64,000 bases of DNA from Candidatus Aenigmatarchaeota archaeon (GTDB lineage: Archaea; Aenigmatarchaeota; Aenigmatarchaeia; QMZP01; QMZT01), in assembly GCA_963726265.1 (NCBI GenBank), contig CAVSBQ010000002.1:672001-736000 (forward strand), written 5' to 3'. Every line of letters begins with the position of its first letter. Within the stretch, counting starts at the first letter, position 1. A program made the position numbers and the translations under genes. The notes below the pieces were generated by a model. The model searched no databases. It was not told the DNA's origin and worked only from the letters and a program-made list of their open reading frames with translations. Below are positions 30,126 to 39,136 of the stretch, one piece after another.

Positions 30126-30806
30126 TTATTCAGCTTTGATTTCCTCCGCCCTGACCCAGAGGAAGAAAATGAAAATGCCTATCGCCACCATGGCAGCGAG
30201 TATGATGACCAGCGAGATGACGCTTTCGGTCTCGGCTTCGCCGAGGAGCACGAATGGGAATGGCGTCTCGCCATTGCCGCCGCTCACGTTGGCCTGCGGT
30301 TTTTGTCCGTTTCCATCGCCCTGCGAGGCATTGGCAGGCCCGCCCTGCCGTACATCCGGCTGGCCCGGCATGCTTGACGGTGTGAGGCGGCCCGGAGGCA
30401 CGTAGCCGACCTCGAGCGGGCAATTCGTCCCGTTCATCCTCATGTAACCCAGTATTTTCATCTCCGTGTTTTCATAAATGTCATCCCTGCCCTGCAGGTA
30501 GTCGTCCTTCCCGAAGAGCACGATCGGCACGTCTTGCGGCAGGTTGTAAGCCGTCCTGTATGCCTCGAAAACGTCCCTGCTTTCCTGGCTGACGTCGGTG
30601 TGGTATTTGATGGATGTGAGGTTCTCCGTGTATTCGTTCAGCAGGCCGTCCATGAAAACATCGGTGAGGCCGCAGTCATCCCCGCATTCATGGCTCGTGA
30701 AATAAACAAGGCACACGCCCCCGTTCTCCTGCGCCGTCGCAGGCGAGGCTAACAGCGCAAGGGCGAGCATGACAAAAACAGCAGGCACGACAAATATTTT
30801 TTTCAT
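30126..30806 (-). CDS. Secreted, C-terminally anchored thioredoxin/glutaredoxin-like protein
   Basis: Signal peptide, YFTSHECGDDC, VPIVLFG, C-terminal TM helix. Confidence 0.6.
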   Translation of the reverse strand: MKKIFVVPAVFVMLALALLASPATAQENGGVCLVYFTSHECGDDCGLTDVFMDGLLNEYTENLTSIKYHTDVSQESRDVFEAYRTAYNLPQDVPIVLFGKDDYLQGRDDIYENTEMKILGYMRMNGTNCPLEVGYVPPGRLTPSSMPGQPDVRQGGPANASQGDGNGQKPQANVSGGNGETPFPFVLLGEAETESVISLVIILAAMVAIGIFIFFLWVRAEEIKAE

Positions 30807-30811
30807 GGCGA

Positions 30812-33800
30812 TTACCCCCATATCATCACTTCCATTATGGCAGGCCCCCACATCGACGGGATCTGCGACACGAAGTCCGAATTGAATTTCACGTCCTCTG
30901 TGATTTCGAGGTCGACTGGATTGCTGCTGGAGCCGTCGCCTGTCCCGCTCGGACCTGAAGTGGTATGGTTTATATCCGCAACCCCCGAATTGAGGTCGTT
31001 TATGAAATTCATGGTGTCCATGAGCTTCATGAAGGCGTTGTCCACGGAATCGTTCTGCGGGTCGAAAATATCATCCGGGTCGCTGCCCACCTCAACGACC
31101 TTTGAGCTTTCAGGGATGTTGTCGCCGTTCGAGTCATAATATATCGTCGGTCGCGAGCCCCTTGCCTTCGGGAAGACGTCGCTGTACTGGGAAAGGCCGA
31201 TGCCCCTTACGCCCAGCGTGTAAATGATCCTGTCGTCGGGCGAAGCGCCTTTGCCGTCGCTCAGCGGCGACGGGTGCGTGGCCGTCCCTATTTTGAACGA
31301 GTTGTTGCCGTTCGTTTTCAGCAGGCCGGGTGGTATTTGTATTATATAAGGGTCTCCAAGCTTCTCGTAGTCGCTGGAATAGTTTGCCAGCCAGTATACC
31401 ATGGTCCAGTTCTGGTTTGGTGTGTTTGATGAATTTACCCACAGGCGGTCGGTCCAGTAGTAAGATGAATAAGACGTTATTTTGGAATCCAGTATCTGGG
31501 TCGCGATTTCCGTGTCGCCCGGGATTATGAACCATCCCTGCTTCGTGCCGGTTTCATTGTCGGTTATCATGGCTTCGCCAGTCGAGTCCCTCAGCCTCGG
31601 CGACTCGAAAGATATAACTATCTCCCCGTATTCAGCGCTCCTGTAGAGCGGCGTGTAATTGAAGGTTATATACGAATCCCCGTAAAGCGCGTTGTCCAGC
31701 GAGATGTTGCCGGTGTAGTTGAAGGCCTGCGCGGCGTAGGAGGCGTTGGCTATGTCCTTGGCTATGTCCCTGTATATCTGCTCGAGATCGTCCGCGTTCG
31801 AGCTGTTGTAATACCTGCTGCAGCCGGCAATCCAGCCGTTTGCAGTGCAGTTCCAGCAGGCAACCCTGCTGAGGGTGTTCATATCCGCTCCCGATCCGAA
31901 GCCGACAGCATAAACGTTTATGCTGTAATTGTCCCTAGCCTCGCATGCCTTCCTGATGGCCTGGGCCTTTGCCACATCCAGGCAGTAGTCTCCGCCAGGG
32001 AGGCATGTGTTCGCGATGCCGTCGCTCATCACCAGCATCGCCTGGTATCTTTTCATGGTCGCGTTCAGCTCCAGGTCGAACTTCGCTGCCAGACTGTCGC
32101 TGTTCTTTAGCCTGACGGCTATGACATTGTCGCCGCTCACGAAATAAGAGCCGTTCACCACTATTTTTTCCCTGAAAGCCACGTCGTCGACGTAGAACCT
32201 TTCGTTGTCTTCGCTTGACCTAAGGCCGAATCTTACGGTAAAATTATTAACCATGCTGTAGCCGGACAGGTCTATCTCGTCGTAATGGTATTCGCCGTAG
32301 CTGTCATTGGTGGAATATCGCCTGAGCTGATGCCAGCTGCCGTCCCACACCTGCACGTCGGCGTATTCGCTGCCGCTCACGGGAGTGCTGCCCGTCCTCC
32401 ACCAGTAGGATAAGACCATGTTTGTCCGCCCTGTGAGATTGATGCGCTTTTCCGCGTATCCGTAGGCATCCATGTCCCTGAATACGAGGACGTCAGTCCC
32501 GCTGTGAGCAGGATAGCCGGCATAGTTTGCCATTATATAAATTTCCTTGTCAGCGGTAGGCGTTCCGTTTACGACCCAGTATCCTGGTGTGATGTTTATC
32601 TCGGTGTATGTCAGCTGGTTGGCACCGCTCGCATAGTAGCTTTCGAAGTCCTCGCTGAAAGTCACGTTCCCGCGGTTCCAGTAGGTCGCGTTGTGCCTGC
32701 CAGCGTCGTTGTCTATCAGATGGCCGTTCAGGTATATTTCTGCGCCGTCGTCCGACAGGACGTAAAGCTCGGCGAAGTCAACGACATCCATGTCGCTGAG
32801 GTTGAAATGCTTCCTGAAATAATAGTCGCCGCCGTTGTTGCCTATATTCGTGTTAATGTTTGGTGAGTACGCAGCGCTCTCGAAACCAAGTATTGCCTGC
32901 CCTGAGTTCCAGCCGGAATCAGTATAGTTAATCCACGTCCACTGGCTTCCGTTTATCGCCGGCGGCTCGCTTGCCGGGAAGCTCGTGTTGTAAAGCCACG
33001 AGGCTTTCGAAGGGATAAACGTCCTTACGGTTTTTGAAAGGACGAACATGTTCGTCGCGTTGGCTATGCCGCAGGCCATGCACGTGGTGGCGCCTGACAC
33101 AGAAACATAGCTGTTTACATGCGAGGTCAGGGAGGCGCTGCTGTTGCCGAGACCATGCGACAGTGCGGTGCTGGTATTATAGGCGACCAGGCCCAGCCTG
33201 TTGCCTGTGTAGTTCAGGATTGAGGCAACGAAATCCTTGTCCACGTCCTTCGCCACGTCTATTCTGCGGTTCTGGCAGCCGCTGACAGCCGCGTTGCAGT
33301 CGGCGTGCAGGCACGATGACGTCTGGACGTCGCACGAAGCCGAGTCGCTCATGCTCCCCGAGAGGTCGGTTATGAGGACGGAATCGCTCGTGCCCTCGCC
33401 GCTAGTGAAGGCAAACGTGTCCGTCCCGAACCTTATGGGCACGGTGAAGTTGCTCAACGCGAGCGTGAGATTCATCTTTCCGCCAAAGGCGTCGCTTATG
33501 TTCTGCTCGGGGATGTCAACCGTGATTTCACCGGTCTGGTTGCTCCGGTATATCTCTTCCGCCCCTATGACGCAATAGACGGGTATGCCCTGGCCGTTGA
33601 AACTGAGGTTGTTCCTGTAATGCAGCTGCGCGCTGATGTTTTCGAGCGTGCCCGGCACGTAGAATGACGAGTAAAGGTTCACGATGCCCGTTATGCCAGG
33701 GAAGGCATACGAGTCGACGGCAGTCCCGCTGTAAACATAATCGTTTCCCGTAAGCTCGGATGTTTTGTATGTGACTTTGAAATAACCGCCGCCTATGTAG

Positions 33801-34585
33801 CTGCTCTGGTTCGAGGTGAAGTTCAGCTGTAGCGTGTTTTCTCCCGGGATGAAATAGGCGCAGTAAGCCGGCGCCGCTTCCGAACAGATGGTCCAGTTGT
33901 CGGCGGAAAAGTTCGATGCGGCCTTGTAGAACATGCCCGCTGACTGGCCGTTGATGTAAAGCGTGAAATTGCCGCCGGTGTTGAGCTCCATGTAGGCCCT
34001 GGTGACGTTCGCGTCCGACGGCAGCGTTATAATCTTGGTCAGGTTGCCGTCGCCCTCGTAGCCGCCGAAGTAGACGAATTCCGAGCTGGTCTTGGCCACC
34101 TTTGTCACGTAGACCTTCGCCAGGTAACCGTTAACCGGCTTCGTTTTTTCGTAGCCTGAAACCACGGTCGCGAGCCTCGCGACGTAATCCGAATATTCCT
34201 GCTGGCTGGCATATATGGTCTCTCCGTTGAAGGCAACCTCGTAGTTCAGGCCCGTGTTGCTAAGCGTCTTGCTGAATATTTCCTGCGTCAGGTTCTCCGC
34301 CTTGCTCCTGTTGCCTTCCGCCCAGAAAGAGCCGATGACGTCCAGTATCGTCCTGTTCATGTCATCCTGCCCGAGGCCGTAGGCGCTGAGATTCACCATG
34401 TCTGCGACTGCCTGCAGCCTAGCCTCCTCGATGACGGAAGCCATGTCCTTGCCCGCATAATAATAGCGCTGGTAGCGCAGCTCCGGCGAGGAATACGTGA
34501 AGGCCATGCCCGCAAGGAAAAGCGACACGCTCAGAAGCAGCGTTATCGCTGCTATCGCGTCAAGTGAAAGCAGAAAGCCCTTCAT
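30812..34585 (-). CDS. Large class III-signal surface adhesin with a split vWA domain and inserted jelly-roll domains
   Basis: MKG-FLLSLDAIAAI N-terminus (ATG at 34585); MIDAS DLSGS; later VMSDG and VYAVGFG. Confidence 0.78.
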   Translation of the reverse strand: MKGFLLSLDAIAAITLLLSVSLFLAGMAFTYSSPELRYQRYYYAGKDMASVIEEARLQAVADMVNLSAYGLGQDDMNRTILDVIGSFWAEGNRSKAENLTQEIFSKTLSNTGLNYEVAFNGETIYASQQEYSDYVARLATVVSGYEKTKPVNGYLAKVYVTKVAKTSSEFVYFGGYEGDGNLTKIITLPSDANVTRAYMELNTGGNFTLYINGQSAGMFYKAASNFSADNWTICSEAAPAYCAYFIPGENTLQLNFTSNQSSYIGGGYFKVTYKTSELTGNDYVYSGTAVDSYAFPGITGIVNLYSSFYVPGTLENISAQLHYRNNLSFNGQGIPVYCVIGAEEIYRSNQTGEITVDIPEQNISDAFGGKMNLTLALSNFTVPIRFGTDTFAFTSGEGTSDSVLITDLSGSMSDSASCDVQTSSCLHADCNAAVSGCQNRRIDVAKDVDKDFVASILNYTGNRLGLVAYNTSTALSHGLGNSSASLTSHVNSYVSVSGATTCMACGIANATNMFVLSKTVRTFIPSKASWLYNTSFPASEPPAINGSQWTWINYTDSGWNSGQAILGFESAAYSPNINTNIGNNGGDYYFRKHFNLSDMDVVDFAELYVLSDDGAEIYLNGHLIDNDAGRHNATYWNRGNVTFSEDFESYYASGANQLTYTEINITPGYWVVNGTPTADKEIYIMANYAGYPAHSGTDVLVFRDMDAYGYAEKRINLTGRTNMVLSYWWRTGSTPVSGSEYADVQVWDGSWHQLRRYSTNDSYGEYHYDEIDLSGYSMVNNFTVRFGLRSSEDNERFYVDDVAFREKIVVNGSYFVSGDNVIAVRLKNSDSLAAKFDLELNATMKRYQAMLVMSDGIANTCLPGGDYCLDVAKAQAIRKACEARDNYSINVYAVGFGSGADMNTLSRVACWNCTANGWIAGCSRYYNSSNADDLEQIYRDIAKDIANASYAAQAFNYTGNISLDNALYGDSYITFNYTPLYRSAEYGEIVISFESPRLRDSTGEAMITDNETGTKQGWFIIPGDTEIATQILDSKITSYSSYYWTDRLWVNSSNTPNQNWTMVYWLANYSSDYEKLGDPYIIQIPPGLLKTNGNNSFKIGTATHPSPLSDGKGASPDDRIIYTLGVRGIGLSQYSDVFPKARGSRPTIYYDSNGDNIPESSKVVEVGSDPDDIFDPQNDSVDNAFMKLMDTMNFINDLNSGVADINHTTSGPSGTGDGSSSNPVDLEITEDVKFNSDFVSQIPSMWGPAIMEVMIWG

Positions 34586-34637
34586 ACTTTTATATTTAAA
34601 TCTCGTCAAAATAAATATCAAGGGACAGGTGGGAACG
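34586..34637. promoter_or_regulatory. Short divergent intergenic region with TATA-like boxes
   Basis: TTTTATATTTAAAT and AAATAAATA in 52 bp between the divergent ATGs of the adhesin and the ESCRT-like operon. Confidence 0.45.
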
Positions 34638-35261
34638 ATGGATTTCAAGAAATTCATCAAATCGAGATTCGGCAAGGACATTTTTTCAATAAAAGAGAAC
34701 GAACTTCTGAAGGAGCGCATCAAAATCGAGAAGGAAATAGAGCGCGTTTCCGACGACCTGAAGGGCATAGCGGAAAAGATACAGAAGCTCATGCTGGGTG
34801 CGAAGGGCCAGCCCACGCCGCTCAAGATGCTCAACGTCCAGAAAATCAAGGCGTTGACGCTCGAATCGCGCACGAAACAGATGGAGGCATCGCGCTACAT
34901 ACGCGAGATGCAGCTCATACTGCTGGTCCAGGCCATGAGGCAGCGCGAAAAGAGCGACAGGCTTTCCGACGTAACCAAGGAGATAATGAACACGGACACG
35001 GACAAGCTCAGCATGGTTCTGATGGACGAGGACGTGAGGGAGGCGCTCGAGGAAGGGCGCCTGGACAAGATCAAGGAAAAGCTTGAAAGGGTTTTCGGAA
35101 GGGAGGAGATGCTCGTCGACGCGGAATCGCAGGACCTCATGCAGGCCATAAACGATCTTGAAAAAGTCGATGAAGAAACCGCCCTGCGCATGGCAGGGGA
35201 AAAGGCGAAGGAGATAACCGAGCAGCCTTCCAAGAAAGAGGAAGAAAAGGAAACCGAATGA
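34638..35261 (+). CDS. All-helical coiled-coil protein, Snf7/ESCRT-III (CdvB/PspA superfamily)-like
   Basis: 207 aa; short F-rich N-terminal helix (MDFKKFIKSRFG), long hairpin helices, acidic C-terminal half; directly upstream of a Vps4-like ATPase. Confidence 0.6.
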   Translation: MDFKKFIKSRFGKDIFSIKENELLKERIKIEKEIERVSDDLKGIAEKIQKLMLGAKGQPTPLKMLNVQKIKALTLESRTKQMEASRYIREMQLILLVQAMRQREKSDRLSDVTKEIMNTDTDKLSMVLMDEDVREALEEGRLDKIKEKLERVFGREEMLVDAESQDLMQAINDLEKVDEETALRMAGEKAKEITEQPSKKEEEKETE

Positions 35262-35283
35262 TTTTTTCTTCCGGAGGTTCCGC

Positions 35284-36399
35284 ATGGGAGAACTGAGGGA
35301 ATCGCTTCTCAAGCAGCAGCTCCAGCACGAGATAGACCTCGCGAGGAAGCTTGAGGCCGAAGGCAGGCCGAAGCAGGCGACTGTTCATTACAAGACCGCC
35401 GCTTCCATATACAGGCGGCTCGCCTACATAGCGCCGCGTGAACATGCCGAATCATTTTTTTCCTCTGCCGCGCAATACGAGGAAATAGGCGGCGACAAGC
35501 CACAAAAAGAAAAGTCCGAAACGCTGGAAACGATAAACAGCATGCTCGTCTGCGAGAAACCGACGCTGAAATGGGAGGACATAGGCGGGCTGAGGGACGT
35601 CAAGCGCGAGGTGAGGGAGGCGATAATCCTGCCCATGGTCAAGGGGAAGCCGGACTTCGTCGAGGCGCCGAGGACGCTTCTGCTTTACGGTCCGCCGGGG
35701 ACGGGCAAGACGCTTATTGCGAAGGCCGCTAGCAGCACGCTGAAAGCTAATTTTTTCGAAGCGCGCACGTCAGCGTTGCTTTCGAAGTTCTACGGCGAAT
35801 CGGAAAAAATAATAAGCATGCTTTTTGAAAAGGCTAGGAAGAACTCGCCTTCGATAATATTCATGGACGAGTTCGATGCCATAATGGTGACCAGGGACGC
35901 TGATGTTCACGAGGCGACGCGAAGGGTCATCTCCCAGTTTCTCGTGGAGATAGAAGGCTTCTCGACGGAGAAGGATGAGAAGGTCATCCTGATAGCCGCG
36001 ACCAACAGGCCCTGGGACCTTGACGACGCGATGATATCGAGGTTCCACAGGAAGATTTACGTCCCCCTGCCCGACGCCGAGGCGAGGAAGCACATATTCG
36101 AGATTCATCTCAAGGGTCTCGACCTCTCCGGCATAACCATCGGCCAGCTCGCCGGCATGAGCGAGGCGTATTCGGGGAGAGACATCGCCAGCGTCTGCCG
36201 CGAGGCGATAATGTTCATGATAAGGCAGCAGAACCCCATGCTCGAAGAGCTGACAGCTACGCAGATTGAAAAATATTCCATGTGTCACAGGCCGCTGACG
36301 CGCGCGGATTTCGAGCATGCCTTCTCGAAGGTCAAAAGGACTGTGGACGACAAGGCCGTAGGCAGATACGAGGCATGGAAGGCAAAAATGGGCGAGTAG
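35284..36399 (+). CDS. Vps4/CdvC-like AAA+ ATPase with N-terminal MIT-like helical domain
   Basis: WEDIGGL, GPPGTGKT, SKFYGESEK, FMDEFD, ATNRPWDLD..ISRF.RKIYVPLPD; C-terminal RPLTRADF..AF.KV.RTV...Y..W; N-terminal DLARKLEAEG..QATVHYKTA. Confidence 0.8.
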   Translation: MGELRESLLKQQLQHEIDLARKLEAEGRPKQATVHYKTAASIYRRLAYIAPREHAESFFSSAAQYEEIGGDKPQKEKSETLETINSMLVCEKPTLKWEDIGGLRDVKREVREAIILPMVKGKPDFVEAPRTLLLYGPPGTGKTLIAKAASSTLKANFFEARTSALLSKFYGESEKIISMLFEKARKNSPSIIFMDEFDAIMVTRDADVHEATRRVISQFLVEIEGFSTEKDEKVILIAATNRPWDLDDAMISRFHRKIYVPLPDAEARKHIFEIHLKGLDLSGITIGQLAGMSEAYSGRDIASVCREAIMFMIRQQNPMLEELTATQIEKYSMCHRPLTRADFEHAFSKVKRTVDDKAVGRYEAWKAKMGE

Positions 36400-36456
36400 G
36401 CCACGGCAGGCCCGCATAAGTTATTTGAATTTAACATCCAAGATTCTATTGTCACT

Positions 36457-38190
36457 ATGACGGATGCGCATCCAAAGACGGGAAAGGAAAAGGCGACGGC
36501 GAAAGAAATAGAAAGGCTCCTGAAAAAGGCCGAGCATTACGCGAAGAAGAACGAATGCGAGAAAGCGACGAAGCTTTACCAGGAGCTCGCCAGGCTCGCC
36601 GAAACCATAGGCGACAAGAGGGCGGTCGATTTCTGCATCGAGGAAGCGAAGTGCAACCTCAAGCTCGGCAGGGATTTCAACGTCGGATGGGCCTACAAAT
36701 GCGCGGCCGTTTATGCGCTCGCGTTTAACGATTTCAGCAACGCCGTCAACTTCGCCTCGAAGGCGACTGAGTTTTTTACCAGGGCCAATTCCATGTATGC
36801 CGTCCAGTGGTGCTACAACATAATGGGCGAGGCGGGCGAGAGGATGGGCAATTACGAGCTTGCCCTGAAAAACTACAGGAAGTCGCTCGACATCGAATAC
36901 AGCGAGGAGATAGACAGGAAGATAGAGAAGCTTTCAAAAACCCTGCCGCATCTTACGGTCTGGCAGGAGTGCGCCAAGAGCGCGGCGAAAGAGGGGGAGA
37001 AAGTCGAGGTCGTGCTGAAGATAAGCAACGATACCAAAGGCGAGATGCGCGACATAAGGCTCCTTGGAGAAAAGGCGAACGTGCTCGAGACCGTGGCCAT
37101 CCTGAAACCAGGGGATTCGAAGGCGTTCAGATATGCTATGCATGCCTGGGAGGACGCGAAGCCGCTTTTCAGGAAGCTGGAGTGGACGAACGCGAAAGGC
37201 GAGAAGAACGCGAAGGCAATAGAACCGCCAAGGCTCTGCATCGTGCCCAACATAGAGATAAGGCCTTATCTGAAAAACAGACTAGAGATAGGCAGAGAGT
37301 CTTATTTTGTCATATCCCTGGGCAACAATTCCAGGGAGCCGATAGAGGACGTCGACCTCGCCGTTTCGTTCCCGGTCGAGCTTAAGGTGCAGCCGGTGAC
37401 CGGTTATTCGATAGGCAGGATAAGCCCGAAGGAGGAGAAGGGCTTCGTGTTCAGGCTACTGCCGACGAGCGTGGGCAGAACGCTGCTTTCGCCGGTCATA
37501 AGCTTCAGAGACGCCCGCGGACGCTGCTACAGAAAAAAACTGAAGCCGTTCGTTATCGAGGAGACGCTTGCGTCAGCCGATGATATTGTTCCGGGGCCAA
37601 GGCAGGAGCAGCCGAAAAGCATAGGCAGCGAAAACCTGAGCAGGCTGAAATACACCGAAAAGTTCAAGAGATACGTCGAGGCCTTCATGCAGCCGAAGGA
37701 GATGGACGAGGCTGAATACGTGCGGCTTTCGCGCGGCATGCATTCCGTCATAAGGGGCTATACCCTCAAGGACGTCGACCTTGAAACCGCGTCTTGCCAT
37801 TTACTCGAGGAATGCAGGGTCATGCACATGGTCAGCGAGCATGCCGCTGAAGGCGAGAGGCTGTATATGCTTGCGGGCCAGTCGAAAGCCAAAGCCGTGT
37901 ATCTGCTGACGGCCGCGATGAAGGACGACGAAGGCCTTTTGCACATCGCGCTCAGGCTTTATTCGGACAGGGAGGACGAGCTCGAGGACGTCCTGGAAAA
38001 GATATCGGACATAGTCAAGTATACCATTATCGCCATGAACTTCGCGACCGAGATACAGAAAATAGAGGTAAAGGAAACGATAAACATAATCGACTCCGTG
38101 GTGCAGAGGTCAAAAATAGGCGAAAAGATAAGTAAAAAAGACAAAAATCTGGATATAAAAGATTCGGTCGTCCAGAGAACCGAGATCTGA
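36457..38190 (+). CDS. TPR/SNAP-like + Ig-like + adaptin-appendage-like protein with a duplicated C-terminal DSVVQR motif
   Basis: Helical repeats in aa about 15-160, two beta-sandwich segments, alpha/beta platform-like segment (EMDEAEYVRL...LYMLAG..YLL...ALRLYSD); no signal peptide or TM helix. Confidence 0.6.
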   Translation: MTDAHPKTGKEKATAKEIERLLKKAEHYAKKNECEKATKLYQELARLAETIGDKRAVDFCIEEAKCNLKLGRDFNVGWAYKCAAVYALAFNDFSNAVNFASKATEFFTRANSMYAVQWCYNIMGEAGERMGNYELALKNYRKSLDIEYSEEIDRKIEKLSKTLPHLTVWQECAKSAAKEGEKVEVVLKISNDTKGEMRDIRLLGEKANVLETVAILKPGDSKAFRYAMHAWEDAKPLFRKLEWTNAKGEKNAKAIEPPRLCIVPNIEIRPYLKNRLEIGRESYFVISLGNNSREPIEDVDLAVSFPVELKVQPVTGYSIGRISPKEEKGFVFRLLPTSVGRTLLSPVISFRDARGRCYRKKLKPFVIEETLASADDIVPGPRQEQPKSIGSENLSRLKYTEKFKRYVEAFMQPKEMDEAEYVRLSRGMHSVIRGYTLKDVDLETASCHLLEECRVMHMVSEHAAEGERLYMLAGQSKAKAVYLLTAAMKDDEGLLHIALRLYSDREDELEDVLEKISDIVKYTIIAMNFATEIQKIEVKETINIIDSVVQRSKIGEKISKKDKNLDIKDSVVQRTEI

Positions 38191-38204
38191 TTTCTTGCCG
38201 GAAT

Positions 38205-38483
38205 CTACTTCTTTTTCTTCTTGGTCTCTTTCTTCTCCTCTTCTTCCGGTGCCTCGAATTCCTTGGACGTCTTCAGCTCATCAGCCTCGAGCCACACTAT
38301 GAAAAGGCCCATGAGTATCAGAAGGATGGGTATGGTTCCGGTCAGCACTATTATGAAGTTGTTCAGCCAGTCAATGCCGAACGTCCCTTTGACGCCAATT
38401 ATGGGGTACACCGAATCAACGAAGAGTCCCAGGCCGATAAGCACCAAGACAAGCCCTATTATGATTTTTACTGCAGCATGCAT
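38205..38483 (-). CDS. Small two-TM membrane protein
   Basis: Two hydrophobic helices and a charged tail. Confidence 0.7.
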   Translation of the reverse strand: MHAAVKIIIGLVLVLIGLGLFVDSVYPIIGVKGTFGIDWLNNFIIVLTGTIPILLILMGLFIVWLEADELKTSKEFEAPEEEEKKETKKKKK

Positions 38484-38597
38484 GTTTTTACACCCCTAAC
38501 TTTAATTGAACTCATAAGTTTTTATATCTTTAATGCCAAAAATGTTTAAATATCCAGCCAGTCTAATCATTTAAACCGCTCATGCGGTTTCAAGGTT

Positions 38598-39128
38598 ATG
38601 CAAAGTGGTTTCATGATGAAAAGCGCGCGTCAGATATGGAAGAGCCCGAAGAAGAATCTCGGAAGACTCTGGAGCGAAAGGCTCATAGAATGGAGGCAGG
38701 ACGATGTAGTCAAAAGAGTGGACAGGCCGACCAGGCCGGAAAGGGCCAGGTCGCTCGGCTACAAGGCAAAGCAGGGCTTCGTCGTGGCGAGGGTGCGCGT
38801 CTTGAAAGGCAAGAGGAAGAGGCCGAAGTTCGCGGGCGGCCGCGTGCCCAAAAAAAGGGGAAGGTTCTTTCCTGCGGGCAAGTCCAACCAGATCCTGGGC
38901 GAGGAGCGCGCCGCCAGGAAATTCCGCAACCTCGAAATACTCAATTCATATTATGTCGGCGAGGACGGCCAATACGCGTGGTTCGAGGTCATAATGGCCG
39001 ACCCGTCCAGCGCCAGCGTAGCGAAGGACAGGGAGCGCGGATGGCTCGCGCAGAAGCAGCACCGCGGCAGGGTTTTCAGGGCGCTTACGTCGTCTGGCAG
39101 GAAGATGCGCGGCCTCAGAAAAGCGTAG
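38598..39128 (+). CDS. rpl15e: 50S ribosomal protein L15e
   Basis: RPTRPERARSLGYKAKQG, NLEILNSYYVGEDG, HRGRVFRALTSSG. Confidence 0.97.
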   Translation: MQSGFMMKSARQIWKSPKKNLGRLWSERLIEWRQDDVVKRVDRPTRPERARSLGYKAKQGFVVARVRVLKGKRKRPKFAGGRVPKKRGRFFPAGKSNQILGEERAARKFRNLEILNSYYVGEDGQYAWFEVIMADPSSASVAKDRERGWLAQKQHRGRVFRALTSSGRKMRGLRKA

Positions 39129-39136
39129 AACGGTTC

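Noticed and set aside
34586..34873. N-terminal extensions of ORFs 30812..34873 and 34497..35261
   Set aside because: They would overlap each other head-to-head; ATGs at 34585 and 34638 give sensible N-termini with TATA-like sequence between them.
35284..36399. Cdc48, PAN or FtsH assignment for the AAA ATPase
   Set aside because: Single AAA domain with no OB/coiled-coil PAN N-domain, protease domain or TM helix; the motifs fit the Vps4 group better.
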